Positions 49,073 to 59,030 are shown, numbered from the stretch's first letter. The stretch is DNA of 64,000 nt from Bythopirellula sp. (GCA_965216565.1 OZ244170.1:832001-896000); one strand, 5' to 3'. Made by a program: numbers and translations. The notes: a model not told the origin generated them from the sequence alone.

Positions 49073-49727
49073 GCCCTGAAAGGGCAAGGTACGACAGCCC
49101 AGGGCGCTAGCCCTGGGTGCGGAGAGAACCCAGTATTTAGCCCTGACGGGGCGTCATAATGGTTTGAAAAACGAGTTATTATGGCTCAATCATTGTCCAA
49201 CGTTCTCTTGCATCTGGTATTCAGCACGAAAAATCGGCGTCCCTGGATTGATGCACAAATCGAGTCTGAAATGCACGCCTATTTGGCTTCTGTATGCAAG
49301 TCGCTGGGATGTCCCGCGCAAAAAGTCGGAGGTGTTGAAGATCACGTGCACGTTTTGTGCTTACTCTCTCGGACGATTGAGATCAGTGATTTATTGGGAA
49401 AAATCAAGGCAAACTCGTCACGTTGGATTAAAACCAAAGGGCCAGGATACAGCGAGTTTTCATGGCAAAACGGATATGGTGCGTTCTCAATTGGGCAGTC
49501 CCAGTTGGAAGCTGCCAAAGAGTACATCGCAAATCAAAGGGAGCATCATCGAGGCCGATCTTTCCAAGAGGAGTATCGAGCATTGCTGGAAAAGTACCGC
49601 GTCGAGTATGATGAGCGTTACGTTTGGGATTGAGTTTTAGGCCGCTCCGTTGGAGGTCTGGGTTGTAAATCGATCCCAAACCCAGGGCTGACGCCCTGGG
49701 CTATCGTAGGTCGGCCTTTCAGGCCTG
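49073..49727 (+). mobile_element. Y1 (HUH) transposase cassette bounded by inverted three-hairpin REP-like arms
   Basis: Left arm 49073-49153, right arm 49638-49727 share CCTGAAAGG and TACGAyAGCCCAGGGCG..AGCCCTGGGT in inverted orientation. Confidence 0.85.
49181..49633 (+). CDS. tnpA: IS200/IS605-family (RAYT-like) tyrosine transposase
   Basis: HLVFSTKNR, HUH motif DHVHVL, KANSSRW, WQNGYGAFS, catalytic YIANQREHH; no tnpB. Confidence 0.93.
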   Translation: MAQSLSNVLLHLVFSTKNRRPWIDAQIESEMHAYLASVCKSLGCPAQKVGGVEDHVHVLCLLSRTIEISDLLGKIKANSSRWIKTKGPGYSEFSWQNGYGAFSIGQSQLEAAKEYIANQREHHRGRSFQEEYRALLEKYRVEYDERYVWD

Positions 49728-49771
49728 AATTCTAAAAACTTGTCCTCGCCCAAGAACCACACCGCTGACCG

Positions 49772-51220
49772 ATGCCGAAAGATTTTCTGAAAGATGCTCG
49801 GGACGAGTACGATGTGGTTGTCATCGGCAGTGGCCTGGGGGGGCTGACTGCGGCCAATATGTTGGCTCGTAACGGATACAGCGTTCTATTGCTTGAGCAG
49901 CATTACAAGCTGGGTGGCATGGCCACGTGGTTCAAACGGCCCGGCGGGCACATTTTTGACATCTCGTTGCATGGCTTTCCCTACGGCATGGTGAAAAGCT
50001 GTCGGCGGTATTGGAACCAAGAAATAGCCGACTCGATTGTGCAGCTCAATCACATTCGGTTCGACAATCCGATGTTCTCGCTAACTACGACGTTCAATCG
50101 CAAGGATTTCACGAAGTTATTGATCGAAGAATTTAAAGTCGACTCGGAGGCGGTGAACGGGTTCTTCGACGCCGCACGACAGATGGACTTCCAAGACGAT
50201 CAGCATTTGACGACACGCGAGCTATTCGATCGCTTTTTCCCTGGACGCGAAGATGTGATTCGCCTGTTGATGGAGCCGATCACTTACGCCAATGGAAGTA
50301 CGCTCGAAGATCCCGCGATCAGCTACGGGATCGTGTTTTCAAACTTTATGAGCAAGGGCGTGTTTACGTTTCAAGGCGGCACCGACCGACTCATTAAGTT
50401 GATGGAACAGGAGATGATCGACAGCGGCGTCGACATCCGCATTAAGTGCGATGTGGAAAAGATTAACTGCGAAGGGGGGCGGGTCCGCTCGGTTGTGGTG
50501 AATGGACGTACGATCAAAACGAAGGCCGTCGTTTCCAATGCAAATCTCAAGCAGACGATTTTCCGCTTGGTGGGAGAAGATAAATTCGATTCCAAGTTTG
50601 TGGAAGATGCTCGGGCGGTACGGTTGAATAATTCGAGTACACAGGTCTACATGGCACTGAAGGAAGACGACGAGATCGACGAGTCGACCGGGGACTTGCT
50701 ATTTAGCTCCACCGCCCCGCTGTTCCGCACCGATCTGCTCCTCAGCCGCGATATTACCAGTCGTACGTATTCGTTCTACTATCCCCGCACACGTCCCCAG
50801 GGGAAACCACGGTGTCTGATCGTTTCCAGCACGAATGCCCGTTACGAAGATTGGGCGGACCTCTCGGAAGAAGAGTACGAGGCGAGCAAGCAGGACCTCG
50901 TGGAAACCACGCTCGACGCTTTGGATAAATACGTGCCCAACGTTCGCGAGCGGATCGACCATGCCGAGGCTTCCACGCCGCTCACGTTCAAGCATTACAC
51001 GCAGCACATTGCGGGCGCGAGTTTCGGGACCAAGTTCGAGGGCTTACGAGTGAGCTTCGATGTGCCTAAGCAAATCGAGGGGCTCTATCACGCTGGTAGC
51101 GTCGGCATTATCATGTCCGGCTGGCTAGGGGCGATGAACTATGGGCGAATGGTTTCCAGCGACGTAGATAACTACCTGGCCACCAACTCGTCCCGTCCCG
51201 CGGCTGAGGTTGGTTCTTAA
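49772..51220 (+). CDS. FAD-dependent oxidoreductase, phytoene-desaturase-like (copy 2)
   Basis: [41 protein letters not shown]. Confidence 0.9.
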   Translation: MPKDFLKDARDEYDVVVIGSGLGGLTAANMLARNGYSVLLLEQHYKLGGMATWFKRPGGHIFDISLHGFPYGMVKSCRRYWNQEIADSIVQLNHIRFDNPMFSLTTTFNRKDFTKLLIEEFKVDSEAVNGFFDAARQMDFQDDQHLTTRELFDRFFPGREDVIRLLMEPITYANGSTLEDPAISYGIVFSNFMSKGVFTFQGGTDRLIKLMEQEMIDSGVDIRIKCDVEKINCEGGRVRSVVVNGRTIKTKAVVSNANLKQTIFRLVGEDKFDSKFVEDARAVRLNNSSTQVYMALKEDDEIDESTGDLLFSSTAPLFRTDLLLSRDITSRTYSFYYPRTRPQGKPRCLIVSSTNARYEDWADLSEEEYEASKQDLVETTLDALDKYVPNVRERIDHAEASTPLTFKHYTQHIAGASFGTKFEGLRVSFDVPKQIEGLYHAGSVGIIMSGWLGAMNYGRMVSSDVDNYLATNSSRPAAEVGS

Positions 51221-51230
51221 GTTTTTGTCC

Positions 51231-51453
51231 CTCGCATAGGCGCTAAGGCTCACAGACTAGGATCATGCTCAGGTACGCAAAGCCTTAGTAGACAGGATGA
51301 CTGGATTGGCCGGATTAACAAGATAGGATTTCATCGTTGCAAGCTATTTCAAATTCCATAGCGCGTTTAGTCTCCGGACAATGATTTTTTGTTGAACCGG
51401 TCACACTTTTATCAAGTCAAATCGCTCACTTTGCGGCTTAGCGCCTTTGCGAG
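51231..51453. repeat. Gene-less spacer bounded by a 25-bp imperfect inverted repeat
   Basis: CTCGCATAGGCGCTAAGGCTCACAG (51231-55) vs reverse complement of 51429-53 CTCGCAAAGGCGCTAAGCCGCAAAG, 21/25; internal 9-mer run at 51291-51326. Confidence 0.75.
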
Positions 51454-51467
51454 AGACAATTCAAAAT

Positions 51468-51929
51468 ATGACCCTCGAAACCATCAAAGCGGCTATTCCG
51501 CATCGGGAACCATTTCTTCTTGTTGACGAGATTGTGGAACAGACCGCAGAGCGTATTGTTTGCCGCAAGCAGTTCAGTGGCGACGAATTCTGGTACCAGG
51601 GGCATTATCCGGACTATCCACTGACGCCTGGAGTCCTGCTTTGCGAAGCGGCCATGCAAGCGGGAGCGGTATTGCTTTCGGAGATCACGAAGCAAGCGCA
51701 GGAGAACGAAATCCCTGGCGGTGTGCCGGTGGCGACGCGGCTGAATAACGTGCAGTTTCGCAACATGGTCCATCCCGGACAGAGTATTCAGATCGAAGTC
51801 GATCTCATAGAGCGTCTCTCGAATGCCTATTTCATGAAGGCCAAGGTTACGAACGAATCCACGGGCAAACTGGCCGCGCGGCTGGAGTTTGCCTGCACGG
51901 TCGCACCGCCGGAGGCCAACGCTCCGTAG
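51468..51929 (+). CDS. fabZ: 3-hydroxyacyl-ACP dehydratase (FabZ family)
   Basis: IPHREPFLLVD, GHYPDYPLTPGVLLCEA, FRNMVHPG. Confidence 0.9.
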   Translation: MTLETIKAAIPHREPFLLVDEIVEQTAERIVCRKQFSGDEFWYQGHYPDYPLTPGVLLCEAAMQAGAVLLSEITKQAQENEIPGGVPVATRLNNVQFRNMVHPGQSIQIEVDLIERLSNAYFMKAKVTNESTGKLAARLEFACTVAPPEANAP

Positions 51930-51945
51930 GGAGCGGTAAACGTTC

Positions 51946-52758
51946 ATGCCTGCCGATTTTCTCCAACTCGCTGGGAAGCGCATCGTGGTATTCGGCGTGG
52001 CCAATCGCAAGAGCGTGGCCTACCACGTGGCTCAGGTTCTCCAAGAAGCCGATGCCGAGGTAATTTACGTCGTCAGGAGCGAGGACCGCCGGCAATCGGT
52101 TGGCAAGCTTATCGGGGATCGACCTCTTTACGTTTGCGATGTGGAGCATCAGGACCAAATCGATCATCTGGCCGACGAACTCAAGCAGAGCTACGACGAA
52201 CTTCATGGCATCGTGCATTCCATCGCCTTTGGCGACTACTCAGAGGGGCCCAAGCCCTTCCACGAAACAAGCAAGGATCAAATGCTAAGGGCCTTTGATA
52301 TCTCTTGTTTTTCACTGGTGGCTATATCCAATGCTCTGAAGAATTCGCTCGTTAAGGATGCCTCTGTGGTAACGATCTCGATATCTACCACGCGGATGGC
52401 TAGTGAAAACTATGGCTTTATGGCCCCGGTGAAAGCAGCCCTCGATTCCAGCCTGGCATTTTTGGCGAAATCGTTCAGCCGATTTTCGGAAGTTCGTTTC
52501 AATGCCGTTTCGCCTGGCTTGCTGAAAACTTCCGCTTCGGCGGGTATTCCCGGCTATGTGGATAGCTATCTCTATGCCGAGCGAGCGACGCTTCGGCACC
52601 GCGCCGTGGAGACTGGCGAGGTGGCCAATGCGGTGGCGTTTTTGCTCAGCCCCCGATCGAGTGGGATGACCACGCAGCGGCTGGTGATCGATGCTGGGAT
52701 GGAGGTCAACTACTTCGACGAGGGGCTTATTCAAGCTCAAAGTCCCGAAAAACCGTAA
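51946..52758 (+). CDS. fabI: Enoyl-ACP reductase (FabI-like)
   Basis: [34 protein letters not shown]. Confidence 0.9.
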   Translation: MPADFLQLAGKRIVVFGVANRKSVAYHVAQVLQEADAEVIYVVRSEDRRQSVGKLIGDRPLYVCDVEHQDQIDHLADELKQSYDELHGIVHSIAFGDYSEGPKPFHETSKDQMLRAFDISCFSLVAISNALKNSLVKDASVVTISISTTRMASENYGFMAPVKAALDSSLAFLAKSFSRFSEVRFNAVSPGLLKTSASAGIPGYVDSYLYAERATLRHRAVETGEVANAVAFLLSPRSSGMTTQRLVIDAGMEVNYFDEGLIQAQSPEKP

Positions 52759-53120
52759 GTTATTCTGATATCAATAAATCAAATGTCCTAACGGGGTCTT
52801 TCGCTCAGAGCTGTTTTTTTACTGGAATCGCGTTATAAAACCTCCTAGAGAGGTAACAGTTCTGGCAGTATCTAAGCCTGAATGATATCCTTGAAGTAGA
52901 GGCGAAGACCAGAACCAAGGGGCGGTTGGTGCACATTTTGGTGCTGACTATTCCGAAAAGGCCTGACTGGCTTCCTATGCAACAGAGAAAACTTATCTTT
53001 ACGGACGGTCGTCCCGATGGTGGTGGCGCATGACGCGTTACAATCATGTAGAATCTACGTGATGATTTAGCCCTGACTCGTTCTGGGTGCAATCGGCTGT
53101 TGGACCGGCTTGGCAACCAA

Positions 53121-54671
53121 ATGTCAAAAGCAGTGGCACAAAGCTTCCTGGATCTTGTGAAACGGAGTCAACTGGTTGAAAAAGACCAGCTGTCGAAGTT
53201 TCTCGACAAGTACCGCAAGGAGCACGACGGAAAGCTCCCCGAGCGCCAAGAGGCGCTAGCTGAGGCAATGGTCGACGCCGATCTCATAACAGATTGGCAA
53301 TCGGAAAAACTTCTGGCCGGAAAGCACAAGGGCTTCATTCTCGGCAAATACAAATTGCTCCGCCACTTGGGCAAAGGGGGCATGAGCCAGGTCTACTTGG
53401 CCGAGCACATCATGATGCGTGTGCGGCGGGCCATCAAAGTCTTGCCTCCCAATCGGGTTGAGGATTCGACTTACCTGGAGCGATTTCGCATTGAAGCCCG
53501 AGCCGCGGCTAAGCTCGATGATCCAAATATTGTCCGGGCTTACGACATCGATCAGGATGGCCGAACTCATTATTTGGTCATGGAGTATGTCGAAGGTAAG
53601 GACCTCCATGTATTAGTCAAAGAGAAGGGCCCGCTCAAGTTTGAAGTGGCCGCCGACTACATTGCCCAAGTCGCACGCGGACTGTCGCACGCCCATGCGA
53701 TGGGGCTCGTGCACCGCGACATCAAACCGGCGAATTGCCTGGTTGATAACAATCAGGTCGTCAAACTGTTGGACATGGGACTGGCCCGGCTTATCGATGA
53801 CGAAGAGTCTCTCACTCTCGACAACAACGAAAACGTCCTGGGCACAGCAGACTATCTGGCTCCCGAGCAGGCAATCAACAGCCATAAAGCCGACAAGCGG
53901 GCAGATATCTATAGCCTGGGCTGCACGTTGTACTTCCTGCTGACGGGGCATCCCCCATTTCCCGAAGGTTCAATCTCCGAACGCCTATTAAAACATCAAA
54001 CCGACAGCCCGCCGAGCATTCTCAAAGATCGGCCGGATGCTCCACCGATGCTTTTGAATATTTGCGAACGGATGATGCTGAAAAACCCTGACGAGCGTTA
54101 TCAGTCTGCGATGGACGTAGCCGATCGGCTTTCCGAGTGGCTGGAAGATCGAGGCCATGTAGTTGGCGATCTGAAAAAGAAATCGGAGTCGGATTCCGGC
54201 TTCGGCAGCGATTCTTTCCGTCGTTTTGCCAATTTATCGAATCCAAGTTCGGCGGATTCGGGCAGCAGGATTCGCGGCAAAAGCTCCACCAAAATCCCCA
54301 AAGTTACCCGACCTGCGGTTGCTCAGGAGCCAGAAGAAGAAATTGGTCTGGCGCCGTTAGAGGAAGAGAAGCCCCAAGAAGACGAGAGCGTCGACGATTT
54401 GGCAGCAGCTACCGATGACCTAACCAGTGCCAAGTTCGAAACGGTTGCCACCGAGCCACGTAAATCGCTGATCGAAGAAACCTTCGAAGCGGAAGCAGCT
54501 CAGGAAGACAAAGCCAAGGAGCGTTTCCAAAAACGCCAGGGAGAGTTCGACCCACTGCGACCTCCTGGCTATAGCGGTCCCAGCTATGGAACGCCAGGTT
54601 GGGTTTACGCCCTCATCGGCGTGGGAGTCTTGGGATTGATCGGATTGGTGAGCTTCTTCGCGTTTACTTAA
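53121..54671 (+). CDS. Hanks-type Ser/Thr protein kinase with C-terminal membrane anchor
   Basis: LGKGGMSQV, AIKVL, HRDIKPAN, DMG, GTADYLAPE, DIYSLG; C-terminal TM. Confidence 0.95.
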   Translation: MSKAVAQSFLDLVKRSQLVEKDQLSKFLDKYRKEHDGKLPERQEALAEAMVDADLITDWQSEKLLAGKHKGFILGKYKLLRHLGKGGMSQVYLAEHIMMRVRRAIKVLPPNRVEDSTYLERFRIEARAAAKLDDPNIVRAYDIDQDGRTHYLVMEYVEGKDLHVLVKEKGPLKFEVAADYIAQVARGLSHAHAMGLVHRDIKPANCLVDNNQVVKLLDMGLARLIDDEESLTLDNNENVLGTADYLAPEQAINSHKADKRADIYSLGCTLYFLLTGHPPFPEGSISERLLKHQTDSPPSILKDRPDAPPMLLNICERMMLKNPDERYQSAMDVADRLSEWLEDRGHVVGDLKKKSESDSGFGSDSFRRFANLSNPSSADSGSRIRGKSSTKIPKVTRPAVAQEPEEEIGLAPLEEEKPQEDESVDDLAAATDDLTSAKFETVATEPRKSLIEETFEAEAAQEDKAKERFQKRQGEFDPLRPPGYSGPSYGTPGWVYALIGVGVLGLIGLVSFFAFT

Positions 54672-54802
54672 GGAACCGAGGAAGAATAACTTTTTCCGAA
54701 GAGGCTAGGTCGTTTTCACCGTTTGGGTTCCGCCGCACCCTGTACTTATCGCGGTGTCTTGGCAGACACCGCTAACTCAGGCGAAAGTGCCAACCGGCCT
54801 CG

Positions 54803-55864
54803 CTACTGGGAACTCTTATTCCCGGCGACCAAACTCTTTTGCCACTCCAGGCCGATCATTTGGCAGTTGATCCCCGAGCCAATTCCGAGCAGAGCGACGC
54901 GATCGTTCTCTGCGATGTGCCCCGACTCTGCTGCTAAGGCTAACGTCAAAGGCAAAGCGGCTGCGCCTGTGTTGCCGAGCCATTCCAGGGTGGCATAGTC
55001 GAGTGTAGGCGTGAGATTGAGAGCTTCGAACAATAGTTTGCGATGTGCCACACCGACTTGATGGCAAATCGTTTTGTCGATATCGCTCCGCTGCCAAGTG
55101 GTATCGGCGAGAAATTGCTTGAAAGTATGCTTGCCCGCCGCCACACCATGGGCCATTAACTGTTCGCTGTCAGTCTGCATAAAAGTTTCCAGGCCTTCAC
55201 TCTTACAAAGCAGGTGATGGTTGGTTTCGGCTCGAACGGTCGACGTGCGAAACCGATTACCAGACCGCGAGAGCGACTCGTCGCACAGCAGCATCGCGAC
55301 GCTTCCCGAGCCGATGGTCAAGGACGCAACCAGCAACTTAATATCCTGACGCGAGAGCGACAGGTCGGTATTCAGCCGCTCGACGGTATTTTCCACGAGC
55401 GTCCGCCCACACTCGGTGCCAACCACCAGCCCTGCACGAATCTGCCCGAGCTCGATCATATTGGCCAACTGGACGGCACCGCTGAGAATACCCAGGCAGG
55501 CGTTCGAAACATCGTAGATTAAGCACTCGCTGGGCAGTCCCAAGGCATGATGCACCGAACAGGCAGTGGCTGGTTCGAGATGATCGCGGCAGACTGAACC
55601 GTGGATAAGAGCACCGACATCTATCGGGTCGATATCGGCTGCTTCCAATGCCCGCCGACCGCTGTCGATACTCACACTTCCCGGCGTCGTGCCAGGAGGG
55701 AAAAATCGTCGCTCCTGAATGCCCGTCATCAATTCCAGCCGACCTTCCGGCAACCGCAGTCGTTCGTAGGCGGGCGCGAGTCGCGATTCGAGTTCCGCAG
55801 AACTAACCGCTTCCTCGGGCAACGTATAGCCGAGCGATTCTAAGCAGACGCGCTGATAGTTCAT
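54803..55864 (-). CDS. oleA: OleA-type condensing enzyme (KAS III/thiolase fold)
   Basis: GSVCRDHLEPATA (OleA Glu), DVSNACLG (Cys), HQVG, GNTG, LGIGSGIN. Confidence 0.85.
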   Translation of the reverse strand: MNYQRVCLESLGYTLPEEAVSSAELESRLAPAYERLRLPEGRLELMTGIQERRFFPPGTTPGSVSIDSGRRALEAADIDPIDVGALIHGSVCRDHLEPATACSVHHALGLPSECLIYDVSNACLGILSGAVQLANMIELGQIRAGLVVGTECGRTLVENTVERLNTDLSLSRQDIKLLVASLTIGSGSVAMLLCDESLSRSGNRFRTSTVRAETNHHLLCKSEGLETFMQTDSEQLMAHGVAAGKHTFKQFLADTTWQRSDIDKTICHQVGVAHRKLLFEALNLTPTLDYATLEWLGNTGAAALPLTLALAAESGHIAENDRVALLGIGSGINCQMIGLEWQKSLVAGNKSSQ

Positions 55865-55974
55865 GGTGGCTCGGTATCAGAGTGGTTGGGGGAGGTCGCT
55901 GTTGGAGATTTGCCGACAATCCACCACAATAGTGTTGAAATCTAAGGACGTAAACGGCCTCAGGGAAAACACAA

Positions 55975-56697
55975 ATGACAGAATCGCCAGCGAACGAGTC
56001 GAATCGAGGTCAGTGGGCGGCTATCGTGTTTGCTCTCGCGCTCCCCAGTTTAGTGACATTGGCGTATTTCGTATGGGCCGAACAATTTGCCGGCATGGTG
56101 CAGCAGGTGGTTTATTCGCTCGCCAAGGTGGTCCAGTTCGGTTTTCCGGTTGTTTGGGTCTGTTGGGTTCTTAAGGAACGCCCTCGGTGGCAACAGCCAA
56201 TCACGCGAGGACTATTTGTCGGTGTGTTGTTTGGATTGGTGGTTGCTGGGGCGATGATGGCTCTTTATTTCGCCTGGCTCCAGTCGGCCGACTTTTTTCA
56301 GCAGGCGGCTACCGAGATACGTGGCAAGATCAATGATCTGCAGGTGGATGCACGGTGGAAATTTGCCCTGCTGGGAGTGTTTTACAGTTTGATTCACTCT
56401 CTCTTGGAAGAGTATTACTGGCGGTGGTTCGTGTTTGGCCAGCTCAAGAAAGTGGTTCCACTGGGCTCTGCCGTTGTGATTTCGTCACTGGGATTCATGG
56501 CTCACCACGTGATTGTATTGGCAGATTTCTTTGGTAGTACCTCGCCTGTGACGTGGCTATTCTCGCTGTCCATCGCGGTGGGCGGTGCTTTTTGGGCATG
56601 GCTCTACCATCGCAGCGGGTCGCTTTTAGGACCGTGGATGGGCCATTTGTTGGTGGATGCAGCGATTTTCGCCATTGGATATCAAATTGCATTCTAG
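55975..56697 (+). CDS. CPBP/CAAX-family intramembrane metalloprotease
   Basis: EEYYWRW, FMAHH, HLLVD; multiple TMs. Confidence 0.9.
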   Translation: MTESPANESNRGQWAAIVFALALPSLVTLAYFVWAEQFAGMVQQVVYSLAKVVQFGFPVVWVCWVLKERPRWQQPITRGLFVGVLFGLVVAGAMMALYFAWLQSADFFQQAATEIRGKINDLQVDARWKFALLGVFYSLIHSLLEEYYWRWFVFGQLKKVVPLGSAVVISSLGFMAHHVIVLADFFGSTSPVTWLFSLSIAVGGAFWAWLYHRSGSLLGPWMGHLLVDAAIFAIGYQIAF

Positions 56698-57210
56698 GTC
56701 TCAAAAAACCACTAATACACTGCGAATATCGGTGTTTAGGCAATCCACAGCATCTTGTGCCAGCAAAAAAACTTTGGCCCAATATGGGCTAACTACTTGC
56801 AACCCGTTCGCAGTGCGTTAAATTCTTGCCCTAATGACTTGCATCTCCTAACGACCGAGTGACACGGTCAACAAAACTTACGAGGAGTTTTTCAGAGCTG
56901 CGATAGGGACATCGATTAGGGCATTCCAAATTCCATTTAGGTGTTGTTTGGAAGAGTCGTCTCGTAGCGGGTTACATTCTAGAACCAACGAATCTTGCAG
57001 GTGCCAAGGAAGGTTGCCATGAGAGCTAAGATTGTACGAAGCCATATTATGCTTCAAGTACGTGATGCACTCGTAGAGCACGATTTTTCGATCTAGAGAT
57101 TTAGACTGCGCGAGAAGCTAACAGGTTCGATTATTGTACCTATCGCATTGAATTACCCTTGCCAAGTCACGCAGGTGCGGCTTGCCGTATCAGAAAGGGA
57201 GTGCGAAGCG

Positions 57211-57954
57211 ATGACCAAGCCATTGATTGGAGTCAATGCCGATTTTCGCCCAGGGAAACAGGATGGACCCGACTACAGCTACGTAGCCTCAGGCTACTAC
57301 GACGCGATTCTACAAGTGGGAGGAGTGCCAGTTCTGCTGCCTCCCTATCAATCTTACGAAGACATCGACGAGGTGCTAAACCGACTCGATGGAGTGATGC
57401 TCGTTGGCGGAGCCGATCTCGATCCGCGTCGCGATGGTTGGATGCTTCATCCTACCGTCCGTCTGCAGGATCCTCGCCGCGAGTCGTTCGATCGCGCTTT
57501 AATCCACAAAGTCGCGGATCGCCGGATGCCTGTGCTAGGCGTTGGAGCTGGTATGCAACTGCTGAATGTGTCGCAGGGCGGCAATTTGATGTTGCACATC
57601 CCCGAGGATATGCCGACCGCTCTGCCGCATCTCGATCCTTTGGACTCGGCTCATCGCCACACGCTGGAGATTGCTCAGGGTTCGATCATGGATCGCGTTT
57701 ACGGCGACGGCGAGTTGCGTGTGAATAGCATGCATCACATGGCTGTCGACGAAGTGGCGCCCGGCTTCGCCATCACGGCCCGCTGCCCAGACGGCATCAC
57801 CGAGGCCATCGAAAGTCAGATGCCAGATTGGTTTGCGTTGGGAACTCAGTTCCACCCCGAAGCGTCTACTGCTTCGGCACTAGACATTCGCATCTTCGAG
57901 GAATTCCTGGCAGGCGTCACGGAGTACCACGGCGCGATGCGACTGGTTGCTTAG
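57211..57954 (+). CDS. Peptidase C26 / PuuD-like class I amidotransferase fold lacking the catalytic Cys
   Basis: GGADLDP, RESFD, LGVGAGMQLLNV, VNSMHH, QFHPE; GGGAG RBS. Confidence 0.88.
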   Translation: MTKPLIGVNADFRPGKQDGPDYSYVASGYYDAILQVGGVPVLLPPYQSYEDIDEVLNRLDGVMLVGGADLDPRRDGWMLHPTVRLQDPRRESFDRALIHKVADRRMPVLGVGAGMQLLNVSQGGNLMLHIPEDMPTALPHLDPLDSAHRHTLEIAQGSIMDRVYGDGELRVNSMHHMAVDEVAPGFAITARCPDGITEAIESQMPDWFALGTQFHPEASTASALDIRIFEEFLAGVTEYHGAMRLVA

Positions 57955-58034
57955 ATAGTGCGTATCCGGCCCCTTCAAGTTTTACCCGTCTGGGGCCGAA
58001 AAAAATGCTCGCAGGAAGCGAGCACGTGACCCAG

Positions 58035-58078
58035 GGCCTGACGTTGACATGGGATGTCAACGCCAGGCCTTATTTTTT
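58035..58078 (+). terminator. Long hairpin terminator between convergent genes
   Basis: GGCCTGACGTTGACAT-GGG-ATGTCAACGCCAGGCC then TTATTTTTT. Confidence 0.75.
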
Positions 58079-58123
58079 GATAGCTGTTTAAACTTAGCTC
58101 GAGTACTTCAGTAGCAGGTGAAG

Positions 58124-58377
58124 CTAGTTCTTCTTAATCATCCGATAACCGGCTAGAAGAATAATCGCACCAACAACCGCGATAAAGAAGCTGCGAATAT
58201 CAAAGCCGGAAACGGTTCCCAATCCCATCAAAGTGCCAACGTAACCGCCGACGAAGGCCCCCACGATTCCGATGATGATGGTGACAATGCATCCACCCGG
58301 ATCGTCGCCCGGCATAATCCACTTTGCCAATGCTCTCCTGCAATCAAGCCAAACAAAATCCAAGACAAGATTCCCAT
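58124..58377 (-). pseudogene. GlsB/YeaQ/YmgE family membrane protein with a 2-bp frameshift
   Basis: ATG 58377 with GGAG RBS gives MGILSWILFGLIAG, then an extra GA shifts away from ALAKWIMPGDDPGGCIVTIIIGIVGAFVGG. Confidence 0.85.
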
Positions 58378-58453
58378 CGATTATTCTCCAGTTTCGTAAA
58401 CATAAACGATCTCGGTCCGCGGCCTTCATCGTAACCCACGGAAATGGCGCTGA

Positions 58454-59026
58454 CTATCCTAGCAAACGGACAAACTGTCGCATCCAGGCCGGGTTTGCAG
58501 GCCAAGCAGGTGCCGTAACTAGGTGCCCGTCCACGCACACACTGTCGAGACCTTCGCTCGGCGTATCCCAGATGGCACCCGCCCGTTCCAATTCTGGTTG
58601 CAAACTTGGATAAGCTTGGCAACGTTTACCGTCCACGATCCCTGCGGCTGTCAAGATATACGGTCCATGGCAAGTGGCGGCGATCGGTTTCTTGGCCGCG
58701 TCGAATTGCTGAACAAGTGAGAGCACTTCTTGGTTCAATTGCAAATACTCGGGCGACCTTCCCCCGGGAATAACTATCGCATCGTAATCGTCGGCCGAGA
58801 CACTGGCCCAATCGATGTTGATGGCAAAGTTGTGCCCTCGTTTTTCGGTGTAGGTTTGGTGCCCTTCAAAATCGTGGATGGCGGTTGCCACGGTATCGCC
58901 TGCCTGTTTGTCGGGACAGGCTACATCGACCTGGTGTTCCAACATCAGCAGAATTTGCAGGGGGACCATCGCTTCGTAGTCTTCGACAAAGTCGCCAACC
59001 AGCATCAGAATCCGTTTTGCGCTCAT
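58454..59026 (-). CDS. DJ-1/PfpI family protein
   Basis: GDFVEDYE, IPGGRSPEY, AATCHG, LVTAPAW. Confidence 0.93.
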   Translation of the reverse strand: MSAKRILMLVGDFVEDYEAMVPLQILLMLEHQVDVACPDKQAGDTVATAIHDFEGHQTYTEKRGHNFAINIDWASVSADDYDAIVIPGGRSPEYLQLNQEVLSLVQQFDAAKKPIAATCHGPYILTAAGIVDGKRCQAYPSLQPELERAGAIWDTPSEGLDSVCVDGHLVTAPAWPANPAWMRQFVRLLG

Positions 59027-59030
59027 CGCC

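Noticed and set aside
47608..51220. Carotenoid (crtI) assignment for the two oxidoreductases
   Set aside because: The context is ACP/FAS-II with no crtB/crtE; only the fold is shared
56700..57200. Small ORF 56878-57081 or sRNA in AT-richer gap
   Set aside because: No RBS, motif or strong structure visible; cannot be supported without expression data
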